Virus record (IMG/VR): IMGVR_UViG_3300020419_001132
Strand: one strand, 5' to 3'
Source of the DNA: a virus
Taxonomy: Duplodnaviria; Caudoviricetes
DNA length: 64,000 nucleotides
Within the stretch, counting starts at the first letter, position 1; each line of letters starts with the position of its first letter. The notes under the pieces were generated by a model. That model was not told the origin of the DNA and did not search any database. It saw only the letters and a program-made list of their open reading frames with translations. A program made the translations under genes and the position numbers. Shown piece after piece: positions 22,001 to 28,485 of this stretch.

Positions 22001-25000
22001 AATAATGATAATCTTCCTAGTTATCAAAGCTACATAGACGAAGTAAAACCCTTTAAAACAAAGTTAAGGGAATATGTAAGTAGTTATGAAAGTTTAGAAA
22101 ACGCCAATAACTTAATTTCAGACTTTGATTTACCTCCAGCCTGGAACGATGATACTAAACAGATTGAACCTTCTAGTGCAAAAATTATAGATGGTGTACT
22201 AACAGGAGCAGAATCAAGAACAGATGTTTATCCTGCAAAAAACTGGAAGGACAATTTAGGTTTTATTGTAAAAGAAATTTTAATTAAAGATGGTGGCTCA
22301 GGATATACATCACCTCCTGTCATAACAATAACTGGTGGGGGCGGATCCGGAGCAAAAGCAATAACAAAATTAGGTTTAGGAGGAAAAGTTACTGCTGTTG
22401 AAGTTACAAATAATGGAACAGGATATCTATCTACTCCTACATTAAGTTTAAATGGTTCTACGTCAGACGGAGGTAAAGATGCTACTCTTAGTTTAGTAAT
22501 AGGACAGTCTTTAGCTAGGTCAATGCACACTATTGTAAAATTAGATAGAACAACAGGAATTTATTTAATAACAAACTTAGCTGAATCTGAAACATATACC
22601 GGCACAGGATCAAAGTATGTATTTGATCTACCTTGGCCGATGGATATGAAAAATACAAATGTAACTGTAAGTGTTGCTAATACAGAACTTTTAAAAAGTG
22701 AATATACTTATGAAAATATTTTAGACGTTTCAAAAGGTTATGATAGATATTTTGGAAGAATAACTTTAACACAACCTGCTGTTAATAGCAGTAGTGTCGT
22801 TGTTACTTACAAAAAAGATATAAGTTTACTCCAAGCACAAGATAGAATAAATCTTGTTTATGATCCAAAGACAGGGCAGTATGCAAAAGATCTTTCTCAG
22901 TTAATGGACGGGATAGATTATGGAGGAGTAGAAGTAAAGAGTTTTGATTTCGGAGGACCGAGTGGATGGGATAGTGCTCCTTGGTATACAGGGTCATTTG
23001 ATACTTATGATACAACATTCGAAGATGAAACAATTACTGTTGATGGATCTAGTACTACAATTACTCTAAGCAAGGCATTAGAAAATGGAGTTTTATATAA
23101 TTTGTATAAAAACGGAGTTAGATTAGACGACCCTGATTGGGTAGGAGATTCGACTCAATTTACAAATCCTAATGCAATTATGAGAAGTATAACAGGAGAC
23201 GGAACAACTAATACAATTTATTTGCAGGATTTAGGTGTATCAGTAGTTGCTGATGATATTATAACTATAAGGAAAACAACAAGCGACGGAAGTTTCTTAC
23301 CAACTGATATAAGCTATGACACACAAATCACAGGTGGAGATTTAGCATATACTACTGCAAAAGGATTGAATCCTGAGGACATTGACTTAGACGGTGATGG
23401 ATTTACAACGCCTACTAATTCTAAAGGACCAGAGGAGCTGGTTCCAGGATGGGTTCAAGACACTCTCGACATAAAAATATATGAAAGACCTACAACAGGT
23501 GCAAGTCAAGTTATAAGTAGAAACTACACAGGTGATGGAACAACAAAAATATTTTCTATAGGAACTAAGCCTGTAACTGAAAGTGCATTACTTGTAAAAG
23601 TTAATAATATATTGAAAAAGATCACAACAGATTACACAATAAACTATGCTACAGGAAATGTAGAGTTTGTAACAGCACCTACAACAAATCATAAAATTAA
23701 TTTTGTATCTTTAGAATATAGTGGAGCAAAGATTTTAGATATTGATGAATTTATAGGTGATGGATCTACAGTAGAATTTTTAACTAATATTAGATATACC
23801 GAAAACATGTCTAGTTTAGTTACAATAGATGGTAAGAAAGTAGAGCATGTTTTAATAAAAAGTACATCTTCTTATATAGTTCCTAACAATGTTGTTATTA
23901 ATTTTGCTGAACCTCCTAAAATGGATGCTGTGGTTAGATTTGCAATCTTTGAAGGAATAGTACAAAATTTTAGTAATGTAACTATTGATAATCTTGAACA
24001 CGATGGAAGTTCTACATCGTATCAACTTACACAAACTCCGTTTACTGAAACTCCACATGAATGGTTTACAATAGTACAATTAAATAATCAAATTTTAAAT
24101 TCAGGTTATAGCGAATCATTTACAGTATCAGCAACTAGAGAATATAGGATGAGATTATATCAAACTCCAACAGCTTCTTTACGTAATGATCAATTGAGAG
24201 TATACCTAAATGGACAAGAAATTCATTTTCCTACAGACTGGACGTTTAGTGCGGCAGATGCATTTGATCCACTAAAGCCTTTAGATCAACAACTTGGAAG
24301 TACTATTTTATTAAATGATAGTGTAGGGGTAGCAGGTGACTCGCTAAGGGTTTACGTAACAGGATGGGACGATAGCACCATGTCCGGCGGTGATTATAGA
24401 TTTGGATATTTTGACTCAGCAGGTGATTTTGTAAGCACTCCTGGACAGCTACATTTAAGTCCTAATGTTGCAGTAGGTGATAAGATAACAGTATACCAAT
24501 TTAGTAATCATGACAGCCAAGGAATTGATAGGCAAAGTTTTGATGTCAAAGAAAGAACGTTGCTTTCTTCAGGAACACAATCAGGATCACAGACATATCA
24601 ATTAGACGGAAGCACATCTGAACTTACTTTAAGCACAGCATTAGAACCTGACTTTAGCTATTCCGTATTTTTAAATAATGTAAGGTTAGATGATCCTAAT
24701 TTTGGAACAGGAAATCCTGTTAGTAATGTAAATGCAATTATGAAAACAATAACACCGTTGGCAACTACTAATGTTATACAACTTCAAAATTTAGGAATAA
24801 ACACCAATGTTGGCGATATTCTAAAAATTGTTGAATTGAATGCCGCTATTGTTCCAGATGCAAGTACTCCTGACTGGTATGAATTGCGTAATTTAAGGAA
24901 CGGTTATGTTCCGTTAAATAGTCCTGCTGTAGATGATCAGTATGTTTGGGTAATTAAAAATGGTGTAATGTTAGATCCGTCAGTTGATTATTTTGTAACC

Positions 25001-25828
25001 ACTGACAAGACAAGAGTAAAAGTTATTGGTGGGTTGGCTGAAGATGACAATATTCAAACCATACATTTTAGCAACACACAGTTAAGAAATAAATTTGGAT
25101 GGAGACAATTTAAAGATATTCTAAATAGAACACATTATAAAGTTCTAGATGGAACAAAGAATATTAAATTAGTAAAAGACCTAAAATGGTATGATAAAGA
25201 TATTCAGTTAGAAAATTACGAAAGTCTACCGCAACCTAATATTAATACAAAAAATCCTGGAGTAATTTTTATAGATGGTGAAAGGATTGAATATTTTATC
25301 AAAGACGGAAACAAGTTAAAACAGCTTAGACGAGGAACAATGGGTACTGGAGTTAAAGATAACTATACAACAGGAACTGAAGTGTATAATCAGTCTGCAA
25401 CTTCAACATTACCTTATAGAGATGAAACATATAGCACAGTATTCACAGCAGATGGTACATCTAAGGTATACGTTTTAGACTTTACTCCGTCTAGTACTAA
25501 TGAATTTGAAGTATTTGTTGCTGGAAAAAGACTACGTAAAACTACTCTTGCTTCGTATGAAATGAATACTGCAAATAGAACGGCATATGCTACAGCATCT
25601 CAAGATATTGCACAAGATTCTCCGGAAGGAGATGTAACTTTACCCGCAGAATTTAGCTTACAGAACACCAATGAGCTTGTTTTGCTGAATGTACCTTCAG
25701 AAAATCAGAAAGTGATTGTAGTCAGACGTATAGGTAAGACATGGACGAACTCGGGTAAAACTTTAAGTAACAGCGATAGTGATATTGCAAGATTCTTGAG
25801 ATCTACACAGGTAGACTTGCCAAGATAA
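10046..25828 (+). CDS. Giant (5260 aa) multidomain virion/baseplate-associated protein
   Basis: One uninterrupted ORF coupled to gp6 (TAATG). Contains FG-GAP-like propeller repeats, four CBM5/12-like aromatic modules, GxGYT..P.V.I.GG repeats and internal duplicated modules typical of large myovirus structural proteins. Confidence 0.8.
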   Translation: MAFENNQQEPSLPAGDKNYKRKSANHLPKYFRTEFNNKFLNATLDQMLQPGVAEKLNVFYGRKNATAFSSTDNYVGDVNPERENYQLEPASVIKDDLGNVDFYADYNDYINKLTTLSGATSNHSSINAQEYYAWNPHIDWDKFVNFREYYWLPTGPDSVNVYGQSKAIQSTYTVGLRIVNGDPTYLLTPDGLTNNPSLTLYRGQTYIFDVNAPSYPIAFATQRSYTPGRLPTDGQQNTSLIYDTGVTKVDADGNATTETWLDEGTITFTVPDTAPDTLYYVSKGDANVAGTIKVNDIIENTEIDIDKEIIGKKTYKTGGGWDFSNGMKVQFVGNVTPAKYATGEWYVEGVGEAIQLIKQEDLAVSGLFTQDIEVAFDAQEFDFYPFSEALGFPKNKDYIIINRGSKDGNLWSRYNRWFHKDVIEKTATLNGQVSNVDQSTRASRPIIEFNKGLKLYNFGTESKENINLIDTKTVDAFSYIEGTTGYNIDGVDLTEGMRVLFTADTDTLVNGRIFKVKFIKINNSTQISLIEETDSTPQENETVLVTQGNINRGKYFYYDGTSWKAGQDKTSVNQQPMFDMFNSSDKGFADSTAYESSLFTGNKVFSYTVGTGTNDTELGFPLSYRSITNSGDILFSFNLLNETFTYTLNNALYKKSASTGFLRKYEDRTTYVLQNGWQKADKDSTQNVIRQYIATADQTVFALDMYDNILFINDVWLRVFVNNTLQVIDQDFTITSDANGSSFITFVKKLKANDNVIIKTRSKYEKNENGYYEIASNLEKNPLNNDINQFTLGEVNDHLRTIVEESNEFSGAYPGVSNLRDIGGLTKLGKKFLKHSSPINFSLYHLLDNNANIIKAISSARLDYSKFKRLFLETADTLGYEGPVREHVDKIIAEVNKDKVNSMPYYFSDMIPQGGTVVNSTTIEDTDQKFFALSAVFSMSTPSTKAVQIYKNGLQLTHGVDYTFNTDGFAVITCTKQLNDVIDIIEYTDTNGSYVAPTPTKLGLYPSFVPEIYIDTTVQSTPPAIATGAYKLYGIAGPDQNGAGKLGWYYPLYTTLAEAQTRDTELGGSGQAHVHTFTGLNRPFYMPNTGAGHGLQDTTQYEEWVEGSVVIQGHDGSKTVAYKDFRDNLLLELERRIFNNLKVAYDKSIFDINDYQSGLNRSTGITKVYQDNALIAEFLSWSRLVDLEYSKHTYYDRQNRFTFNYSRTNYPNNTSLPGWWRQAFIYAFDTDRPHTHPWEMLGFSIKPTWWETQYGKAPYTRNNLLLWEDLEGGIIRQPSYTIDKKYIRPGLTTHIPVDQDGNLLSPNDCGLALNLNIADASGPFNFGDGGPVESAWRRSSEFPFALIRSFILNKPSKAFATGFDRIRQKRNLADQIIYGDTEKQVQLSTLVFPTTVDDTTQVFTSGFINYIYDYQFNLSRENIDVYKNNLSRLRNQIGFKIGGFTDKNKFKLILDSRTPLNEGNVFVPNENYSIFLNSSFPTKEISYSGVIVEKFAEGYYVKGYDNQNPTFKYYPVLPKQADPAINVGGVSEPFVTWSANKTYAVGTIVKSGSDYYRSKETHTSGTDFDLDKFVAIPELPVTGGRSAYLRRSFSDQISILNYGTLFTTIQDVVDFLLGYGNYLERIGFSFSSFRNETYEVSDWQTSVREFLYWTTQNWGEGTVLSLSPGAGKINFKSEYATSDNVLEPFYGYSIFKADGKVLEPTNLKFSKDTENNFSVRTINTEDGIYSIKIPLVVKEHVVLIDNTTVFGDIIYDVEPGYRQERIKVLGYRTGDWNGSLNIPGFIYDDAKVTLWEAWKDYSIGDLVKYKEFYYTAKNKVAGNSTFVNEQWVRLDEQPEAGLYANFDYKVNQFADFYDLDSDNFDSEQQKLAQHLIGYQKRKYLENIVNDDVSQYKFYQGFIQDKGTKNALTKLFDALSSADKDSLEFYEEWGIKDGQYGASDGFEEVEYLLDESKFRLSPQPILLTNTVTGKETDLIYRIQDYETYLRSKNYNHKPFPTKLITDGYTKDSGYVNPDDVNFVLGTYDSLLNLDIDKIKRDDYVWVGNVNFDWSVYQYKNSGHDITSITKADKSFTIQLSSIPADIKVGDIVGILEVTNVTYNPEDSTQQATFAESTAKGFYKVKNITLDKIEFDSDSPPSDFENASGILTKFESVRASNLDTANVVAQKGMENGFKIWVDNDGVGKWTVIERTSNFSKSTTIANPEGVTNDSSITNFAESFSVDERNCLLAVGAPNDEDGKVYVYRRPSESVNWELLQVLEPITLYASTQRFGSSVKVSADGKYVIVGAPNASNVKTTFKGTYNQPTDYSAGDIVTYQNSYWSADTAIQGSESNITFNSFGNYDQIVYDLNLDEERPEELDLLLAGNYPFTGINADHFLVRAPKDIYEGIGVTDEVFLHWNKLTNANQTQTTLTDRQPFDGTIPYLNKSYLESNHTVSAKIDAILYVSQVTNIPTIGQQVTTQDASGIVAYTYQAGGAVTIYVNNVTGTLPDSNSLFIANNDFVGEYTLSGPSDLTFTATAQLGGYLMINTNQYAIGTTNVDSGRGLVIKDIIPDSVASNRYYYNSLDYDTAVVDSENTNHSFVSITSFTGSPGPNGTTGDFNSPYWVMRAPKPLTDTISPGSQLETYFSRLKRTVTTLTVNQNTSVVKGEVITQDNTNATATVFESVTLGTQIKVENVSGSFTTIDFLSGSQSGPLLVRPNSNPAVGTLVQPSDINLSFAITNKTQTVFDIWDGYIVYKNLFFLDGEPFEPMARYRLNGGVWTDFGTGQTVEDVTTGATGEVMFYERNFNDVKIYVKNVTGSWSKGDLFGDNAEIRMKAFPSGPDPDPFGRVAIYTVDRIMGQTQKTSLGYAPGNIGKLLVFDAKTNVAIPTSQEINNIEYWMYTTGTVNGIPRVANVPNSSNLDWTEVFKVTATTTGGQSSHTNEGLVYLYEKFGEQYLEQSAIVSPQRKGNHYFGSNVSLTKQGDIYRAFIAAYDEETTTYPGKIYFLKNGTENNNSYNWEYAKNKKFRGEFSSVQDYVTGDIVYLNDPQGTLYTAKTNITAGVFDALQWSSVDDLIDYVGFIPNDTGLKVVNDSSLDSVIDTNEMYDFGSEFDTSSDGEVLISTVKYTTKPNIVAVYRNKRGHYGWSQDIPAPTTGSMFGNGIAISNDGMYIAIGDPKDDTVKNDQGRVYIYKQVSGSFSLHQTLESPGNELAEYFGNKVGFDGTRLVVNARNADNFNTTTFDTNTLTFDKEFTKFRYESHEGGTIYVYEQIKDYLVYGHSLRHETGIDPETGQSLGPVYYFGRKLLLKNNHIYVGLPNVPDNTTTVGTLLDYRVPNKVFTEIRSAKDTVNLSKIKRVLLYNTKTKKIVKYLDYIDPIQGKIAGTAEENISFKLYYDPAVYTNGTATTVIDQQNPWTTTHVGELWWDLSNAKFYNAYQGDVTFSTNNWNKLFTTNTIDIYEWIETQYTPAEWDTLADTDDGLSQGISGKSKYGADVYTISKQYDEISQSFSNKYYFWVKDKKVKPDIEGRTLKATDVANLISDPASNAYQFAALFSNDSFAIYNCDKLLEDKNIAIGIQYWTIDNQTLNIHNQYQIITDGLETSKPNRDIEAKWIDSLVGYDLYGRIIPDPTLSEKEKYGNLNTPRQSWFVNRLEALKQYFERVNGVLAKELIVDSKDLSNLNKKEAFPSAVTNLYDKSVATVAELNLLGVAKAKQATMTVSVKDGKIDTATILDPGRGYNVTPTVVISGTGSDAEFKFTINTVGSITNVEIVNAGKNYGDTTSVEIRKYTVLVTADETISGKWSIYERNTTSNTWDRIRSQAYNTTLFWDYKDWYKSTYGPFTPISHVIDYAYQLDALDDVLDEVVRINNIGSGGWLLLRKIGNTIGADYTVNYETIGRQNGTIAFERTLYDTSTSFDGFDEISYDTKFYDSLPSTETRIITDAIKKDLFIEDLELEYNRLFFASLRYVLSEQQYVDWIFKTSFIKAKHNAGSLRKDLTFNNDNLPSYQSYIDEVKPFKTKLREYVSSYESLENANNLISDFDLPPAWNDDTKQIEPSSAKIIDGVLTGAESRTDVYPAKNWKDNLGFIVKEILIKDGGSGYTSPPVITITGGGGSGAKAITKLGLGGKVTAVEVTNNGTGYLSTPTLSLNGSTSDGGKDATLSLVIGQSLARSMHTIVKLDRTTGIYLITNLAESETYTGTGSKYVFDLPWPMDMKNTNVTVSVANTELLKSEYTYENILDVSKGYDRYFGRITLTQPAVNSSSVVVTYKKDISLLQAQDRINLVYDPKTGQYAKDLSQLMDGIDYGGVEVKSFDFGGPSGWDSAPWYTGSFDTYDTTFEDETITVDGSSTTITLSKALENGVLYNLYKNGVRLDDPDWVGDSTQFTNPNAIMRSITGDGTTNTIYLQDLGVSVVADDIITIRKTTSDGSFLPTDISYDTQITGGDLAYTTAKGLNPEDIDLDGDGFTTPTNSKGPEELVPGWVQDTLDIKIYERPTTGASQVISRNYTGDGTTKIFSIGTKPVTESALLVKVNNILKKITTDYTINYATGNVEFVTAPTTNHKINFVSLEYSGAKILDIDEFIGDGSTVEFLTNIRYTENMSSLVTIDGKKVEHVLIKSTSSYIVPNNVVINFAEPPKMDAVVRFAIFEGIVQNFSNVTIDNLEHDGSSTSYQLTQTPFTETPHEWFTIVQLNNQILNSGYSESFTVSATREYRMRLYQTPTASLRNDQLRVYLNGQEIHFPTDWTFSAADAFDPLKPLDQQLGSTILLNDSVGVAGDSLRVYVTGWDDSTMSGGDYRFGYFDSAGDFVSTPGQLHLSPNVAVGDKITVYQFSNHDSQGIDRQSFDVKERTLLSSGTQSGSQTYQLDGSTSELTLSTALEPDFSYSVFLNNVRLDDPNFGTGNPVSNVNAIMKTITPLATTNVIQLQNLGINTNVGDILKIVELNAAIVPDASTPDWYELRNLRNGYVPLNSPAVDDQYVWVIKNGVMLDPSVDYFVTTDKTRVKVIGGLAEDDNIQTIHFSNTQLRNKFGWRQFKDILNRTHYKVLDGTKNIKLVKDLKWYDKDIQLENYESLPQPNINTKNPGVIFIDGERIEYFIKDGNKLKQLRRGTMGTGVKDNYTTGTEVYNQSATSTLPYRDETYSTVFTADGTSKVYVLDFTPSSTNEFEVFVAGKRLRKTTLASYEMNTANRTAYATASQDIAQDSPEGDVTLPAEFSLQNTNELVLLNVPSENQKVIVVRRIGKTWTNSGKTLSNSDSDIARFLRSTQVDLPR

Positions 25829-25831
25829 ATA
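25825..25831 (+). promoter_or_regulatory. Late-promoter-like motif ATAAATA
   Basis: Overlaps the giant ORF stop; ATAAATAACACAGTAGGA precedes the ATG at 25849. Confidence 0.6.
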
Positions 25832-25848
25832 ACACAGTAGGATAAAAA

Positions 25849-26463
25849 ATGATAGATGTATTAAAAGAAAAAAACGGAATACTTGTTGAAGGGCATATAA
25901 AGATATTTGACCCTGAAAGTGATCACGTATACGTAAATAAAAGAAATGCTATTCATTATGAAAACATGAGTATTGCGTTAGCTAAAAGTTTGTCTAATGC
26001 AGGTGAAGGTTGGATATATGAAATGAGTTTTGGTAATGGCGGTACTAGTGTTGATCCTACAGGTATTATTACATATTTGACCCCAAACAGCACAGGAACA
26101 AATGCAAGTTTATATAACCAAACATATACTAAAGTTGTAGATGACAGAAGTATTAATAATTTAGACCCTGTGAGAAATAAGATAGAAACACGACATGTAA
26201 GCGGAACAAATTATACAGATGTGCTTGTTACTTGTTTGTTAGATTACGGAGAGCCGTCAGGACAAGATGCATTTGATACAGCAACTAATGCTTCAAGTTT
26301 ATATGTGTTTGACGAACTAGGATTAAAAGGTTGGGATTCCACAGGAACTGGAGATTTACTGACACATGTTATTTTTCATCCTGTACAAAAAAGTTTAAAC
26401 AGACTAATTCAAATTGACTATACTGTAAGAGTACAGAGTTTGTCTGGCTTAGCTGAGGAATAA
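25849..26463 (+). CDS. Putative virion structural protein (baseplate/fibre-attachment)
   Basis: 204 aa between the giant protein and the fibres; EGHIKIFD..NAIHYEN..MSFGNGGT pattern; late motif upstream. Confidence 0.5.
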   Translation: MIDVLKEKNGILVEGHIKIFDPESDHVYVNKRNAIHYENMSIALAKSLSNAGEGWIYEMSFGNGGTSVDPTGIITYLTPNSTGTNASLYNQTYTKVVDDRSINNLDPVRNKIETRHVSGTNYTDVLVTCLLDYGEPSGQDAFDTATNASSLYVFDELGLKGWDSTGTGDLLTHVIFHPVQKSLNRLIQIDYTVRVQSLSGLAEE

Positions 26464-26466
26464 TAA

Positions 26467-28482
26467 ATGGCATATACTATACCATATACTGATCAAGCTA
26501 ATAAGGGAACTATTACTATAGAAGATAGTACTCTTAACCAGGATACTTCTTTAAAACTACCAGGCAGAAACACAACAGCTTATGGTAGTGCAATAGCAGA
26601 AAATTTTTTACACCTACTGGAAAATTTTGCTAGTGCAACACAACCTGCTACACCAGTTGAAGGACAGTTATGGTACGATGCTACACCAGGAGTGGATCAA
26701 CTTAAAGTTTACGATGGTACTAATTGGGTAGCTTCAGGTGGACTTAAAAAAGCTAGTACAGAGCCACAAGCCGCACAAAGTTTAATTGGTGACTTATGGG
26801 TTGATACAGACAATCAACAGTTATATCTATATAGCGGAAGTGGATGGGTATTAGTAGGACCAGAGTTTAGTGATGGATTGGTTACAGGAATTTCACCTAA
26901 AGTTCTTACAGGAACTGATGATTCATCTTATAATATTTTACAAATTGATGTTTCTTCACAACCTATGGCAGTTGTAGCAACTAATAGTTTTACACCTAAG
27001 ATAAAGATACCAGGTTTTACAACAATAGTTCCAGGAGTAAATTTAAGTACTGCCAACATTACAGGATCAGGAGTGCCAAAGTATGTTGGCACAGCAGAAA
27101 AGGCAGAAAGTTTAATTGTTTCAGGAAATGCTGTTGCCGCCGGAAACTTTTTAAGGGGTGATACTACTAGTACAACATCTTTTCCAATCAATGTGCAAAA
27201 TAACAGCGGTATAAACTATGGTATAAATGCGGAAATGAATATAGGTGTTGTTGGCAATGCAGGCGTAATACAACATAATATTGCAGGTAGTAGTGTTGAT
27301 TTTAAAGTTAAAAATGCTGGTATATTAAAAACTGCGTTACGGGTTGATAGTAATTTAAGAATAGGTATAAACAATGTTGCACCTGATGAAGCATTAGATG
27401 TTACAGGAAATATTTTATCTAGCGGAACAATAAGAAATACTGATACTACTGATAGCACAAGTTTTAGTACAGGAGCAATAAGAACAGCAGGCGGAATAGG
27501 AATTTCCAAGAATTTAAATGTTGGCGGAAGTTCAGAATTTACAGGAACAATAACAACTAGGAATATCTTACCTGAACAAAACAATTTGAGAGATATAGGA
27601 GCAACAGCAACTAAGTATGCAAATGTTTATGCTACAACATTTATTGGTAACTTAACAGGTAATGTAAGTGGTACAGTAAGTGGTAGAGCAGGCTCTGCAG
27701 ACAAACTTACATCTGCAACAACATTCAGACTAACAGGTGATGTTACAGCTAGTGATATTATATTTGACGGACAGGTAGGCGGATCACTTAAAACTTTTAC
27801 AACAACAATAGCTAATACTATAATTTCTGGAAAAACTAATGTTGCATCCTCACAAAATGATGACGAATTTATAATTAACAGAGTTACAGGAGCAACTGGA
27901 CTTAAGAAAATAAGCGTACAAAATTTATTGGCCGCTGTGCCAGTTACACCTATAGGTTTAATTTCTCCGTATGCAGGTACAGCCGCACCAACAGGGTGGT
28001 TATTGTGTGATGGTTCAGAGATTTTAATTTCTGCATATACACAGCTATACAATGTGCTAGGAACAACATATAAAGCTAGTCCTACATCTGGTTACTTTGC
28101 ACTTCCAGATTTACGTGGTAGATTTCCATTAGGTAAAGATAATATGAACGATTCAAGTGCAAACAATGTTACAGATATTGCCGCTGATGTATTAGGTGCT
28201 AAGAACGGAGCTGAAAGCGTAAGCATACAAGTTGCAAACTTACCTGAACACAAACACGACTTAAGAGGCGATAGCGGAGACCAGTATTATGTAGTAAGAG
28301 ATGTTTCAGGAACACCTAGTGATAACAATGCTATTGTTTATGATGCTCCAAACGCAACTGGAGCAGGACAAGCGTTACCAGATAGTGGAGGCATACTTAC
28401 AACTGACAGTCTAGGAACAGCAATGGACGTAATGAATCCTTACATGACTTTAAATTACATCATATATGCAGGGCAGGGGTAA
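26467..28482 (+). CDS. Tail fibre protein with tail-collar domain
   Basis: 671 aa; shared fibre N-terminus (ENFLHLLENFA...GQLWYD); C-terminal collar PIGLISPYAGTAAPTGWLLCDGS...LPDLRGRFPLG and MNPYMTLNYII (T4 gp12-type collar). Confidence 0.8.
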   Translation: MAYTIPYTDQANKGTITIEDSTLNQDTSLKLPGRNTTAYGSAIAENFLHLLENFASATQPATPVEGQLWYDATPGVDQLKVYDGTNWVASGGLKKASTEPQAAQSLIGDLWVDTDNQQLYLYSGSGWVLVGPEFSDGLVTGISPKVLTGTDDSSYNILQIDVSSQPMAVVATNSFTPKIKIPGFTTIVPGVNLSTANITGSGVPKYVGTAEKAESLIVSGNAVAAGNFLRGDTTSTTSFPINVQNNSGINYGINAEMNIGVVGNAGVIQHNIAGSSVDFKVKNAGILKTALRVDSNLRIGINNVAPDEALDVTGNILSSGTIRNTDTTDSTSFSTGAIRTAGGIGISKNLNVGGSSEFTGTITTRNILPEQNNLRDIGATATKYANVYATTFIGNLTGNVSGTVSGRAGSADKLTSATTFRLTGDVTASDIIFDGQVGGSLKTFTTTIANTIISGKTNVASSQNDDEFIINRVTGATGLKKISVQNLLAAVPVTPIGLISPYAGTAAPTGWLLCDGSEILISAYTQLYNVLGTTYKASPTSGYFALPDLRGRFPLGKDNMNDSSANNVTDIAADVLGAKNGAESVSIQVANLPEHKHDLRGDSGDQYYVVRDVSGTPSDNNAIVYDAPNATGAGQALPDSGGILTTDSLGTAMDVMNPYMTLNYIIYAGQG

Positions 28483-28485
28483 TAA

